This document shows positions 14,563-28,700 of a stretch of DNA of 64,000 nucleotides, piece by piece (the stretch's first letter is position 1; each line of letters begins with the position of its first letter). The DNA is taken from contig OZ316892.1 in NCBI GenBank assembly GCA_973895155.1, positions 8,549,480 to 8,613,479 on the forward strand. Direction: 5' to 3'. The notes under the pieces are model-generated. The model saw only the letters and a program-made list of their open reading frames with translations. It was not told the DNA's origin and did no database searches. This stretch comes from Marsupella aquatica (Eukaryota > Plantae > Marchantiophyta). A program made the translations under genes and the position numbers.

Positions 14563-16481
14563 CCCCCCGAGAAATAAAGCAGAGTTTTAGTATTTTTGAA
14601 CCCCTAACTTTATGGTATTCTAGGAATATTCTCACATTTGGTTTTTAAAAACCCTACAATTCTTATAAGTCTCAAAATTGGATTAAAACACCTCTATATT
14701 TCTTCAACAAAACTTATAAAGTCTTCAGCACAATTTACTTTAAAAACCCTAGACTTCTTCGCGTGTGATGGGTTGGAAGAAAAGAAGTGAGGGAGCCTGG
14801 GTTCAAAGGTTGGGATGTAAAGGTCAGAACATTTGTAGACTTTGCTCTTGGACTTTTGCTTAACAAGTTGTCGAGCCTGGCTAATGACAGTTCACGCACA
14901 AAGTTTCCACACTAATACACACCAGACCATTGGTTCAGGTCGCAAACTGATCGAAGGGCCAGTTACATGCAAGACATCTCAACCTACTCACCCTGAAACA
15001 GTCAGACCCAGCCTGATGCTGACAAAGGAGTGTAGGCCACTCGAGCATGTGATTCCAATCTTAAGCAGTGAAGTTGTCACTCATGATTGTCCACTTGAGT
15101 CAGAGTACCAGGAATTTCATGGTTGGCCCATGGACTAAGGATGAAGTCAATTTTGTCCAAGTTCCGTTGTAGTTGTCTGGTTTTCCTCATGGATCTGCTG
15201 ACAGCAATCATAGATTTGAGGTGATCTGATGTGCTCTTGAGAATAACCCAGTTGGCTAAGCGACGCAGAAAATTTGAGTACACTTTTGCATTTAGTTTGC
15301 ACCAATTTGTGTTGGACAGTTCAGTCAGAACCACAACTGGCCCAGGATTCCGGGAAACCTTAAACATCCTTTTCCTTACACAATGCATTTTCCTTATACA
15401 ATACATTTTGAACGATACATTTTCCTTATAGTTCTCTTTCTTCCAAAATTAAATTTCTAGAAACACCTCCAGTAGTTCGAATTTGGGAACGGTCACATTT
15501 TGGGTGTGTTTAAACTTGTTTACTGTCATAGTTTTTAGGTTTTTCTGCAAAATAGGACAAATGTACTAAAAAGTGCCTAACAAAGTACAAAAGTGATGAT
15601 CTCATACGAGCTCCTAAAGACTACTACATTTGTCATGATTCTTTGTGTAAAGCAGTGTTAGTACCAATAATGAGACCTGTAATGATAGGTATATGTTTTT
15701 TACACATCTTTGCCATTCAAGGCTGCCACGTAAAGCTTCTTTTCCTCATATTATTCAGTACAAAAACTACAATATTTTTATATAATTTTTGAAGGACAGA
15801 CGTCTGTTTTAAGCAACTGTAGTGTTCTCTCCAGCGTATTTTTTAAGGATTTTGATTTTTCGCCAGACTGGCGATTTCTCCAAGTGTAGAGGTGGGGGAG
15901 GTGGCTACTGGGAGCGGCCGACCATAGTTTTTAGTGGCGAACCACATTAGCAAAGTGGTTCATTACTGGCGAATGATGTTAACTACAGTCACCGTAGCTG
16001 GCGAATGCAAATTGCCGACTGTAGTGGGAGATGGCAAATGAGGTTGAGTGCAGTCGGCGGACTGGCTAATGCAAGATTTGCACTGGTGTGGGAGATGGAA
16101 AAAGAGGAAGTGACAAAAGCGGCCATCGAGAAAACATCGAGAAAACAGCACCAAGAAGTGCACATTCCTTCAGAAAACTTGCAAGTGTGGGAAATGCAAA
16201 GATGACAGTTTATTGAGCAAATTGGCCTGTATAAACATTATAATCGAAATTTCAACAGGTGCTCCCGTCCTTTGTACTGTTGCTATAAATGTCTGCACTA
16301 AAGTCCGCTCAAACTACAGAGGAGAATTGAACCCCTGACTGTGTGCACACAGTCCTTCCCAAGTCCCCCTACCCCCCTAGCCTATCTAAATCTAATCCCC
16401 ACTAAGACATCCATCACAAGAAAAACATATCACATATCAGCTTCTAAATGTACTCGGCCTCGCATACACGTTTCAATCAAT

Positions 16482-18026
16482 CTAACCAACAACTCCACGC
16501 CTTTCCTCCTCCAGCCAATGTGTAATGGCATCCTGGAATGGGAAATCATCTAAAGAGAAAAACTTCTGAGTGAACATCCGCACCGTGCAATCCAAATGAC
16601 TCCCCAATCTGTTCCTAAGCTTACTCTTCACAAATGACATAGTGGAGAAAATTCGTTCATCCTCCACTGAACCTGTCACCATGACCACAGCAATTTCCGC
16701 AAGCTTAAACCACTCCCCCATCTTTGCCCGAATCAAAGGATTCGCCCCCAATCTCTTCCATAGTCGTGTCATGGGATTTTTAATGTCAGGGTTAAACTCT
16801 TGCTCTCCCATTACCTTGGCAGCATTCGCCTCCATGGTTAGCTTGAAAAAACTCTGTTCATCTCGCAGCAAGCCGTAATCGAGAATAGGATCGATGACAG
16901 CAGTACTGTCCTCACCTGATTCACCTTCACGGGAAATCGACTTTGGATCACAGAAGCTTGTCTTGATCACTTGAAGGTACCAGCCAAAATTCTCCTCTGC
17001 ATCGTCTCTTTCCCAATACTGCGGATGGACTATGCCCAGAGCGTTCAACAGGTCAACGTTAGGAAACCATGTGTCAAACAGCTTAATCAACTTTGATGCT
17101 GCTTCTTTACACTGATTCTTCACAGTATAAACAACATGGTCGAATGCATGTCGTGTAACAGGTAAGTCATGCCCAAGAATCTCATCAAACCAATGGGTCG
17201 GATAGTTGTGGTCACCAATTCGAAAGGAGAGATACTCCACGCTAGTCTCCAAATCAGTCATCCACTCATGACTAACAGTGTGTGATCGACCAGCTACAAT
17301 CTCCTGAAATGTATGAAATGCCCCTGGCCTAAAGGAGGTTGCAAATCCACGTAATAACAGTGCAATTCTGCCTGATGTACCTTTACAACACATACTAATG
17401 AAATCTTGGATCATGACATCCCTGGATTGGGCAAACACAATCAGGTCATGCACAGATTTCAGCAAAGGCAATAAACATGGCAAGGATATGAACGTCTCCA
17501 GGTCCAATAATAGCTTCGCATTGGACTTTGCAGTTGCAAGTGTGGCCCCATTTGTAGACATTTGCACAACAAGTGTCTTGTACTCACGTAACACACTCTG
17601 CAACGGTTGTAGAAGGGAAATCCATTGAGTCTTGCTGTTCCATTCAATCTTCCGGCCCTCGGTCTCCAACTCAGCAGCGAGCCGTTGAAACTCTAGTTGT
17701 CGTTTGGGGCTGTGAGCAAAATATGAATGCAGGCTGGAGACAAGGGCCTCGATCTTTTGTACAACTAGCAAGGAGTCCAATTTCTCCACATAGATGTTAG
17801 TCCTGTGAGCGCAACAATGCAAGCCAGTCATGAATGGAGCATGGTGTTTCTGTATGCGAGCCAAAACCCCTGTTCGATGCCCTTGAAAAACGACAGCTCC
17901 ATCTGCTCCAAAGCTCACTAGCTTTGAAGCTACTTCTTTCCAACCAAGATTACCACAGTCTCCAGTCAAGGACTCCACCACAACAGTAGTCAAGTTCGCA
18001 GCATCAGCGCCATTGGTCAACTTTTG
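16482..18026 (-). pseudogene. hAT transposase, C-terminal part (DGA, CxxH, RW-equivalent QW, dimerisation domain)
   Basis: Motifs SFGADGA, HCCAHR, KTQWISL, SVEDERIFS, KSKLRNRL; joins in frame to the N-terminal part as ...PFLLSLQ-KLTNGADAANLT once the insertion and one TSD copy are removed. Confidence 0.9.
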
Positions 18027-19133
18027 TGTCACCTGCTTATCAAACGATTTACACGACAAATACGTATTTACTCCTACTAAAATCGTTTGTTATCGTATGA
18101 CAGGAACGTGGAGGGACGCTATTAGGATTCTATTGCATGTAGGATGAGTATGTTTATTTTTGCTCCCGGAAATGTAATTTTTGATCAAGTCTACCGACTA
18201 GCCGCTCTGCTTTTGATCAAGTCCCATGGACTACGCCACACACACACTCCTACTGGTCGTTGGTGGAGTGCTGTCACCACCCCTCCCTACTCACATGGTT
18301 GACCAAACCGTGCAAGGATTCCTTAGATGTTTCTTGGGGAAAGAATACAATCGTGAACCAAAAAAGGTAACACCACACCAAAACTTGAGGAATCAAACCA
18401 AATCCATATATTTTGGCAAAACGTCGTAACACATTGCAAGGACAACCCGGCCTCCTGCCGTCTGCCCAACTACTGCCTCACTGGGGCAAGTGTGTAAACA
18501 TCTACCTCACTACTCTGGCTTGATTCCCCCTTCTGGCTATGAGCTATCTTCCCTAAGCAAACACTAGACTGAGTCCCGCCCCTCACTACTACGGGGCTCT
18601 CCCCCTAAATACCAAAAAACACACCAAAGTACCCTTCATGGGGCCACAACGATGGCGGCTTACCCTAGCGGCGCCACTAAACCCTTCACTAAGAAACCCC
18701 TAAACTAAAAGCATGCGGCACACACATGCTTCTAAAACCCTAAACCCTAAACTAACAATGGGGCCGATGGTGCCTTCGACGGCGCCCCAACATTACTCCG
18801 TGAACCGTGAAATTGTAAGGAACCCCACAATGGCTGAAACTAGGTGCCCTTCCACTTGCACTTCTGAGTTCACCCCTGGATAGCCCTCCTCTTTCTGATC
18901 ACGAATCACTCAACCGCTCTCGAAACGGACATCGGACGACCAAGTTATGGCCGTTTCCATATCCCGTAAACACAACTTCGTCGGGCCATAACCTGCTCAT
19001 CCTGGCTCTGTTTGAGGAGCGCCGCCCCTTGTTGGAATCAGCTTCGCGAGCTCTTTCCAACAAGCCCGTGAGTGACCCCTAAAAAAAAAATTGGAAAGTC
19101 CAGGGTCCGTACAACCACGTCCGTACGACCACT

Positions 19134-20996
19134 CTAATCCTCCTCCTCTTCGCTCACGGTGCCCTGGCTTGAGCCCCGTGAGTGGGCCTCCTCATCACTC
19201 TCCACTGGAGTGAGTGCCACTTCACTCCTCTTCTTCTTCACCCGGGTAGTCTTTGTGCTAGTGCTCCCCTGCTTCCTCAAATTGGCCAAGGCCTGCCACG
19301 CCTTAATGTACCCCTCACCAAAGGTGTCCTTCCATAGGGCCGCCTCTTCACCGGACCGCAACTCCAATGGTAAAACCTGCCCGGTGGCCATGGGAGTCCC
19401 AGGGGTGACAGATCGGGGTGGCATCCCCGGGGTCCCCGTGTTGACCTGAGCTTCTCGTAACGATTTATGTACCTCCCTGAGCTTCTTCTCTAAGCTCTTG
19501 CTCTTCTCTTGACTCTTCTTGGCTGCATCCAACAGGGGTCCATACTTCCCACTGACTTCCTTCACCACCATCTCAATGGCCCTGGAGACCAAATCCGGGG
19601 AAAGTGTGGAGCTAGGTGTGCAGGGGCTCTTCCGTTTCCCCAGACTCAAGGCCTCACTCCTCTTAGCCCTTGTCTCGAAGATCACCATTTGACCCCGTAG
19701 TGTTCCCACCTGGGCTCTTAACTCCACCACTTCTCCAGAATTCTGCTTCTCTTTGGCCAATGCCTGTTTCAATACTCCAACCTCTTCCGCTTCCTTGGCC
19801 TTGGTGGACAAGGCTCCCTTCAAGTTGGAGATCTCTACATGAGCTGCTTGGAGAAGTTTAACCTTCTCATGAATGGCCTCCTCCTTGGCCTTGATCACCT
19901 CCTTCATAGACAGGGCACTCTGCTCCAAAGTCTCTACTCTGGCGGTGGCCTGCTTGAGAGAATCTCTCAATGCGTGGACTAGCTTGAGTCCCTCATGGAC
20001 TCCCTCCCGAAAATCCCGTAACTCTGCCAGGTAGACATCAGGAATGTCGTAGACCAGGGGCTCCTCCGTATTTCCCACAAGTGATTCAAGCCACTCCATT
20101 GTGGAGTCCTCATCCTGGTTTTCTTCCTCTCTATTATCATCCCCAACCGCCGACGATGATCCCTCCGTTAGTTTTCCCAAGATGGTAGTGGCAATACTCC
20201 TGATTTCCGTGGTAAGGGATGATCCAGTGTCTTCCTGTCCCGGGGAAACAATCCACCCTTATGCTCTGGCTAGCAAAAATGACCCCATCAAATGTACAGC
20301 CCCACCTGGTTTCACACTCTCGGGATTGGCGTCCAATAGCTTCTTCAACCCATAGTACCACCATCCGTACACATGGGCTGGATAGTTCTTGATGTCCATA
20401 GCTACCACAAAATTCTCTCCATTCACCACCCCAGATTGCACGTTACCAAGGACCCGTTGATGAACCTTGGCCATAAATCCCTTGTGCTCAGCATCCTTGA
20501 CGGCGGAAAGAGGAATGGAAGTAGTGGAGGTGGGATTAATCACCCAACCGGCCACCATTGTCAACGTGAGCTCTCCCCTTATGTTCCGAGGTGTGAATGA
20601 GAATTGCTGGTTCTCCAGGAACAGAAGCTTAGCTAACTCCACATGGGGCACTACCCGCTGGAGACATTCAAAGTAGATTCCTTCCGTACGTAACTCCATC
20701 CCGGCCTCAATGTTCCAACTCTTCCCCGAAGGGATTGTAATCTCCACCTTCATGAACTCCGTGAGCCCGGTGGCTTGAAAAATATTCCTACAATCCTCCA
20801 TCACCTTGGTGGAGGTTTTGGGATAAATTCGACGAAAAACCCTCCTACTCACCGGTGTGGAACTTGCCGCCAGCCCAGTACTCATCGTAGCTTTTCTCTC
20901 TTCTCTCTCTCTTGCAATCAATGTCTCAATGTAGTCACGGTAAGCAGCCTTGTATCTCCGAACGCGTGTCGCACTAAACTCCGGTTGATCCAGCAT
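19134..20996 (-). pseudogene. Retroelement accessory-type ORF: N-terminal globular domain, long coiled coil, acidic/basic tail
   Basis: ORFs 20259-20996 and 19134-20180 share a frame and are separated by one TAA (20259-20261); read-through gives about 620 codons; the frame continues upstream through two TGA codons; the C-terminal half is E/K/A/L-rich heptad-like. Confidence 0.7.
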
Positions 20997-21352
20997 CCAT
21001 GCATCCAGAAATCAAATCCTCAATCACCAAATCCCGTCACCCGTAGCAATGTCAATCCCCTGGCCCAAAACGGCCCCCGTATCCCGATCAATCAATTACC
21101 CTCAATTCCCTCAGAAGCCACTCCGTGCTGCTGCCGCTAATGCTCGGAAGAATCATGCCAACAAGCCCCAACAATTGACCATGAGAAAGGGCTTTCAGAA
21201 TAATTGCAAAATGTGGAGAGAGCTTTCGGCAAGAGTTGAGAGAGAGCCCGAGTTTTTGCTTTCGGCAATGAGTTGGTCTTGCAAAAGAGAGGAAGTGAGA
21301 AAATAGGAAGGAAAAAAAAGGAAACCCCGTGGCTCCTTTGCTAATTTTCCCT

Positions 21353-21554
21353 CCCCGGCTGCCCCTTGCTTAGGCCCCGGCAGACCCTTTTGGGGCTCCG
21401 CCTACTCGCGGGGTGACCCTCCGTCTCGCGCCCCACGGCTCGCGGGCTCCTCCTCCCCGGCTGCCCCTCGCTTACGCCCCGGCAGACCCTTTTAGGGCTC
21501 CGCCTACTCGCGGGGTGACCCTCCATCTCGCGCCCCACGGCTCGTGGGCTCCTC
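21353..21554. repeat. GC-rich tandem duplication (about 102 bp x2) inside the solo-LTR-like insertion
   Basis: CCCCGGCTGCCCC..GCCCCGGCAGACCCTTTT.GGGCTCCGCCTACTCGCGGGGTGACCCTCC.TCTCGCGCCCCACGGCTCG repeated twice. Confidence 0.9.
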
Positions 21555-21857
21555 TGCCATATTATACCGGGGCCAAGAAAAACTTCCGGGGTCTCCAAAT
21601 ATTAATGGGTGGTATCCCCTTAAGATGCCTAATTTTCTTCTCCCACAACGACAAGACCCAAGGGAGAAAAGGGTCAATTAAAAAAATAGTTCCTCCCGGG
21701 TTCAAATAGCCCTGGCCCTCCAGAGCAACATGAACACACACCGGGATGATTAACTTAAAAAAATTTGAAAAACTATTGTGTATATTGGCTTATTTATTTA
21801 CATGCATCTTGCCAATAACACCTAATGGTGACCTTTCGAGACGGGGACCCCGTCACA

Positions 21858-22795
21858 TTTTGCAAGGACAGTAGGAAAGGGATTCGTTCCCACCCTCTCA
21901 TCACATAAACATGAATGCTTATCCATGTAGTGTTGTCAATGGCAGTTACCTCATCGGCAGATACTGAGATGTAACGAGCTCCAAAACACCACTCCCGAGT
22001 CTTCAAGCGAATGATGTGGAAAATGCTCTCTGCCATTCCCCAGCCTGAACTCATGCTCTAGTGTGTGGTCGGTGTCTTTGGAACCCTCAAATGTTGAAAC
22101 AACTTCAACATGGCTTCATAGTCAGTCATGGGACGTCCCAATGTAAGCAGACTAAAAAGAACAGAAAACTGGACTGCCTTTCTCTTCCGTTCAAGACTCA
22201 CTGCCTCTTGAATCTGTCGATGGATGGGGTCTTGTGGCAGCCGCAACAACAACTTCTCATTCTTCTCATGTTGAGTGGTACCGGAAAAATAGAAGGTGCC
22301 CTTCACATACTTCTTGCCTTGGATAACTATGGACTTCTCTGCACGCCTCCTTCCAACATGTTTCCAAAGACCATCAATCTTTGGAACATATAACTTCTCC
22401 CTCCCTTCAATCTTAGTGCAGATTGTGCACCGCACTTGGGTGACCACCCCTTCTGTGTCCACCGTAGCTGCTGTCGCCCAGGGATGAACGGCTGCCCATC
22501 CAGGCTGGAAGTGGCGCTTCATCTCGTAGCTACGCTTCCGCTTCTTGGTCACTTCTTCAGCCTTCCCATCTTCAAGAATCACAACATCGGGGTCTACACC
22601 GTCTGCCCCGCTATTGACAATCTCATTCTCAATCGGAGAATCACCTGGAGACGAAGACCCAGAGCCATGAAAGACAGGGGAGCCATTAGGATTGCAAGGC
22701 TTCAAACGATTACTCAAAAATTACTTAACCATGAGATTGTTTGGCAGCCCTGAGGCACGTGCTGCTGCCTTCAATTTTGCTTTGGTCATTGCCAT
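21858..22795 (-). pseudogene. hAT transposase, N-terminal part (zinc-finger-like W..C..C region, first catalytic D in SADEVT)
   Basis: ORFs 22058-22717 and 21794-22054 are in one frame with an upstream ATG at 22795; in-frame stops near 22721 and at 22058; motifs FQPGW..HPW, VRCTICT, ISVSADEVTAIDNTTWISIHVY; reading frame ends at PFLLSLQ at the insertion site. Confidence 0.85.
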
Positions 22796-25700
22796 GGTAT
22801 TGTACTCAACATCGAACGAGATTCTGCTGCAATGTGCAACAGACTCAATGCAGCAAGAAGATGCTGCCAACCACGCAACAGACTGTAAAAAAAAATGCAC
22901 AAGATCGAGTGCAACAACGAGATGTTGCTACGACCGAAATACAACACTGAAGAAAGAATGCTTCCAAGGATTGACAGAAGCTGAACTTCAAATGAGGACT
23001 GATCGATGACATAAAGGAAAGAAAACCCCCTCAGATATTTGTAGGCCGTCGAGTCGTCCACTACTCCACTCCATGAAAGGCTGATTGCGAAGGTAAGTTG
23101 AGCTCCCGGTTGCGCTGCTTGAAATTGAAATTCCCGCTTCATCTTGCAATCCACCATAGCTCAATCTCCCGCTCGCCCTAAACATGAGAAATTATAGCGC
23201 AGCAGCCAGGCCCAACTCGGACTGATATCAGAAGTCTAAAACCCGAACCCTCCCAAAAAAAGTCATAAAGATGACAGCACTAAAAAACACAACATTCAAC
23301 CGCCAATTCCAACTAAAAAATGAAGATATTCAGGCCAAGTTCCCTGTCGGCACGGCGAAAGGAATGCAAGGAATCAAGGCTGCGAGTGCGACAATGTGCG
23401 TTCCTGCAGGGCCGCAGCTGATCATGCCTTGATCTCGTGCTTTTCGCTAAGCACATGAGATCAGGAGGAGCATCGGTGGCGAACTGCATCTCGTCCGACG
23501 TCGGAATGGTGGCGATTCGCTTACAGAGAATCGCGAGTGGCGGCTAATGACACCGTGATTAGGGCAAAGCAAGGTGGCTAATGCAGGACTGCCACCTGCC
23601 AGATGGGTGGCGAAACCAGGATCGACGGTGGTGGATTGCTGGCAACTAGGGCCCCCAAAATGTAGTGAAATTTTGCCAAATATGGCGAAGGTTTCTGGCC
23701 GAGGTGGAATCTAGCGAAAATTTGCCGCTAAAAAGAACGCTGGTCCTCTCCCTAGGACTCTATGAACAGATTGCACTTCAATGTATTGTCATACTATCAG
23801 GTTGCTCAAGAACAAAAAGTGCCAAACCCAGAAGTATGAACACAGAGCCCAAACACCCACTTAAGGGCAGAATGCAAGGGATAAATCCAAGGAAGAGCAA
23901 ACAGCCAAATAGCCCGGGAGTCCCCTACACCAGGGAAGGAGAGAGCCCTATTGGATATAAATCTTCTCCTTATGTCCATCAGCCTCACTAGTGTGCCCAT
24001 GGATTTTGCATTGACTAGTTTACAGGCCTGCAACAGCTATCCATCATTTTTTCAGGTGGAAGAGTGGGCTGGCATAGTTTTACCCTCCCTGGACATTGAG
24101 CCTGAAGACTACCTGCACATGTGACTATGGCAAGTGTGTGAGGGAGGGCATGTTGAGCATAGAGGCATATCTGTGTTTCAATGTGCACATGTGGCACAAT
24201 TACTACGAACAGTAACTCATTTGGGCAAATTAATGAATGCCAGCACAGTCATTTTGGAGTTGCAAACAAAGACAGTTTCATCTGGAGTTTCACTTTTCAA
24301 TTGCTCACGGGATTGGTATGCAGATAGTAAGTATTGGTGCAAAGCAAAAACAGAAGGGACAGAAGGGAAATGTAGCTAATAATTTGTGATCAGAACTTAC
24401 ACTCCTGAGAGTCTATGATATAGAATGGAGCCTCTAGGCTGTAGCTATGGAAGGATGGCAGCATGTTTTGGGTGAGGCAAAAGGTGGGGAATGCGACTGC
24501 AGACTGAGTTTATCAAATTGGTAAGTGTTAGAGATTAAAATCCATTCATATAAGATGCAGAATTATGTCGTTCATGTCAATATGACTCCTTAATATGCAA
24601 ACCTTTAGGTCAATCAGGCTGATTTTTGTATTTCCAGTGCATTTCTAAGACTCCATAAGTAAAGCCACAATTTGAATTTGGAACTTCAAAAAGTTTTTTG
24701 AGTGGTTAACTTTGACATTCAATGTTCCCCTCGAGATCCAATGGAATTGGCTATATTCAGTTCATCAGAAATGGCTTGGAAATGCTAGCATTGTCAGATT
24801 TAATTAAGAACTGGGAGACCTACAAAAATCCAAAGATTGGTGTAATGAATGTGTACTACATGAGCACAAAAGAGGGTTTTTCTGTGGCACATCCAGCTTG
24901 CCAGAGTATATCCAACAAATTTGGAACATGTGGAGGTTCATATGAGCTACAGTTTCAATAAAAAGACATCAGAGACAGTTGTAGAAAGTTTCTGTAATCT
25001 ATTGTGCATTCAATAAACATCAAAATGACCCCAATTGACTTTGTGTTGCATAGTTTAAAATTGAGGCTTGGATTCCAAAAGTGCAGGTAAGTGAGGTTTT
25101 CAAAGATGAAGAGACTTTTCAACACTTGTTTCAGGGTTTCAAAGGGGGATGAAAAAGTGTCCCTGAATAATTTCAAAGAAAGGTGACTGTGCAGACTCAA
25201 CAAATACCACACATTAGAAAGCGTCCACAGGTAACTTACAAGATGATATTTGATATGAGTCTTCTTGGGCTTTTTTCACTGAAAAAGCTCGAGTGAAACA
25301 ATATCTATCAAATTTTCTTTACTACTTTAGGGGCAGGGAATTAAATGTGCATGCTCGTTCGAATGTTCTTTGCCTTATGATCCGGGTCCAAGAGCACTAT
25401 GCAGCAATGGCAAGAGCATAAATGTCAGCACTAGGCATGCATTACTCACAAAGGTTCATCATTGATGACTTGGTGAAAGGCAGCAGCCCTTGCAGTCTCC
25501 TAATTTATAAAAGTGAATTTATAAAAGCGGAGGCTGTATTTATATTCAACAAGTAAACTCACAATGTTTGGTTCTGTTAAATGGAGCACTGCCTTTAGAG
25601 AAGTTGTGCAACTAGCTTGCACGCAGAGAAACCTCTGGTTCATATTTCTGTAGTTTTTATGACTACTACAAGCACCAATGGCATATAGGTGCTTGTTAAA

Positions 25701-28700
25701 TAACTTGGCATGTATAAAAACTATAAAATGATTATAATTGGCATGTTTATTATGAATAATTTGGCATGCTTTTTTCTGGCCTTGAAAGCCGAAAGCAGGT
25801 CCATCCAACAACTGCTCTGGAGCATGCTATTTTATGTAGTCACAAGGGGACATGCTTTTGGCTTTACAATTTGCATGCTTGTTAAATGATTTGGCATGTT
25901 TGGCACACAACCCATATTAGATGCAGGAGCAGCATCTGGATCGGAGTAGAATTATCTGAGCAGGCTTCATTCTCAAGCAGTGCTCTTGAACTTGAAACCT
26001 CCTGGTTACAACTCACGCTTGGCCACTAAAGCTAACAGCTAGGCAACTCAGGTTGTTTCAAAGATATAAATAGGATTTTTTAACAAAGAGGGTTTTTGCA
26101 AGGGCTACTTTGCTTGTATTACTTTTTCATGAAATAAACTTTTTGTGATAACTAGAGGTGAAGTCTCTCAACTCAATACAAAGGAAGAGGGGAAATTTCC
26201 CAAATTACCCCAAGAGGTTGCCAAATATACCAAAATACCCCAAATTTGCAATTGTCCCACCCAATTCTCTGGAATGCAGCTGTTTCTTATCCCACTAGAG
26301 TTGGGATCTAGGCTTCTAGAGTATAGCCTCTAAATGGTCACTATGGGCCCCACCCAAATGTATGTGTATATAAAAAAGTATGTGCATGGAGACAATGATA
26401 GGGCCTCACCAAAATTCATGTGCATGGATGTATGGAGGAAAACAAATGTGCATGGAGAGAATGATGTATGTTAAAATGATTGCATGTACCATGGTTTCTA
26501 TCATCACTTCAAAGCGCACAGTGGCTCTTAGCAAAGACAAAACTGAAAGTATGGTGGACAAAAAAGATGAGGCAAAGATGAAAGGGAAACAGGGTAGAAT
26601 TATTTTTTGGGCATAGTTTTTTTTTTTCATTGATCAAGGGGGGCATGAATCAAATTCTGGGGTGTGAGTTATTGGGGGTTTTGTGATGCAGCTAAACCAT
26701 GCTTCATGTGTGTAGCAACATAATTTATAATACAAGAAAAATCTTAATTTATTTCTTACGCATTATCAATAGAAGAATGGGAAAATAACATAAAAAAATA
26801 CCACCCAAAGGTATTGGGAATTTATAATACAAGCAAAATGGGAATAGAGGCATAAATAAACTATAAGTGTTTGGTAATTTGCAGCACAATTTATTTTAAT
26901 TTTCAGCTGTTTTGGTTTCTTGACCCTTGCTCCACTAATTTTTAGCCATGAAACTTTGTATGCTAGACCTTCCTCTTGATGGAGAAATCTCTCAAGTGGG
27001 GTTTTTCTTTTTGTCTATTGATACATAATTATTCTTATTACACTAGGGAATACATTTTGTCAAAACTTTATTGTACTCATCTCTATTCACATTCAAAGAA
27101 CAAGTAGTAAAGGCTAGTAGGTAGTAAAAATTGATAGCTTGATCTGTTGTTTTGCAATCAATGTACATGTGGCTTCATAGTACAAAACACTGGAGATTAT
27201 ACACTGTTGCAAGTAAACAGAGAGCCACTGCCCCTGTGAGAAACAAGGGAGACCTGAGAAACAAGGGAGACCTTGTCATAAGGGAGACATTGCAAGAATA
27301 TTTTAGTTTGTAAACTTAGAACTTTAAGAATATTTAGGAAAGTTTGGTAACCTGCAACGATAAGTTTGTAATTTCGTGAAGAAAGAATAGACAGGAAGAT
27401 TGAATAAGTTATAAGAACGAGACTTTAGTTCCCAACAAGTGAATACAGAATGACCCGTCAATATGAAGTTGTTTGAAGAAAACTCTACACAATGTCTGGA
27501 CTCAGAACCCTCGTGTGGAAGAGGGCGTAACTGAAGATGGAGCCTGTACAAGTGGAAAGTGATGATTGGTTGTGAGTCTCTAAAAATGGGGCTGTGCCTT
27601 GAACATCCTCACCTTGATCATTTTTCTTCAAAGGAGGGACACCCTTGAATGAGTTAAGAAGTAGATATTTGAGGGGCATAACCATACAGGGGCTTTGTTA
27701 ATGTGCCCCATAGGAGGCATCATCAGTGGGCACAGTGAATTCATAGTGGGGCTTTTTCACTGGCACTGTGAATCTTTTTGAAGGAAGGCAAGGTGACACG
27801 GGAGTCGTAAGTATACTAGATGTCTCATTGCTATAAAAACTTATGCTAAGTGTCCAATCTTCTTGATAACAGGGAGAATCATTAAATACATGTGATTAAA
27901 TCAGAATTATGACATTATTCATCATGAAAGTGGGTTCTATATCCATTTGAGATTCAAATTGTCAGTATCAAAATTTATATCTAATGGACAACATTTTTGG
28001 ATATTGATCTCCATTTGCATAGATATACATACATGTTTAATGTCAATGCGGTTGTATGTCTAATATTTTAAGCGAACCTTATTGATGGGATGTCATAGAA
28101 ACACATCAAACAGATGTAAGAATTTGCACTAATCTACTTTAAATTCAACAAACATCCCGACAAACATCAGAATGACCCAAATAATTTTGAGATGTTTGGG
28201 TTTGTTACATCATTTAAAATGATCTGTTTGGGTCTCTCTGAGCTACTTGTCAACCACTACCCATGTGGGTTTGTTTTTCTACATTTGCCATATCAGTTTA
28301 CCATATCATTTGCAAATTGATAGGCCAAATTCAAAAAATCTCCAAAAGTTCAACGAATGGCTACATCAGAGGGTAGAACTTAAAATTAACCTGGCTTATC
28401 GAATGTGAAAAGACTGAATTACAATTAACAGTAGTGAACGCTTATCAAAATTCCAAATGACCTCCGGTTATCAATAACCTTTTTCTAAAAAGAAAAATTA
28501 GCCTAGGCCAAGACAGAAGGAAGAAAATAAAACTAATCCACTGCTTTATTAAAAAAAAGCTCCAGAAGTTTGGTAAGTTCCAACGGCCAATGCCAGCAGA
28601 AGTGCGAGCTATGCAGTCGTACCCCTCCGGACACATTAACTCCTTCTTAACTTGCTAGCCAACCACAGTATCCTTCTTCGTAACCCGGGTCACCCATACA

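Larger units (their letters stand above)
18027..21857. mobile_element. 3831-bp TG...CA insertion with 5-bp TSD (solo-LTR-like) containing a degenerate long ORF
   Basis: Starts TGTCAC (18027), ends GTCACA (21857), flanked by TTTTG at 18022-18026 and 21858-21862; no direct repeat between its two ends and no gag/pol seen. Confidence 0.8.
15832..23742 (-). mobile_element. hAT-superfamily DNA transposon (ZNF862/C17orf113-like transposase), interrupted by a nested insertion
   Basis: Ends CAGCGTATTTTTTA (15832) and revcomp CAGCGTTCTTTTTA (23742); 8-bp TSD GTTCTCTC (15824-15831) / GTCCTCTC (23743-23750), 7/8 match; (G/C)TGGCGA-type subterminal repeats at both ends; internal transposase. Confidence 0.9.
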
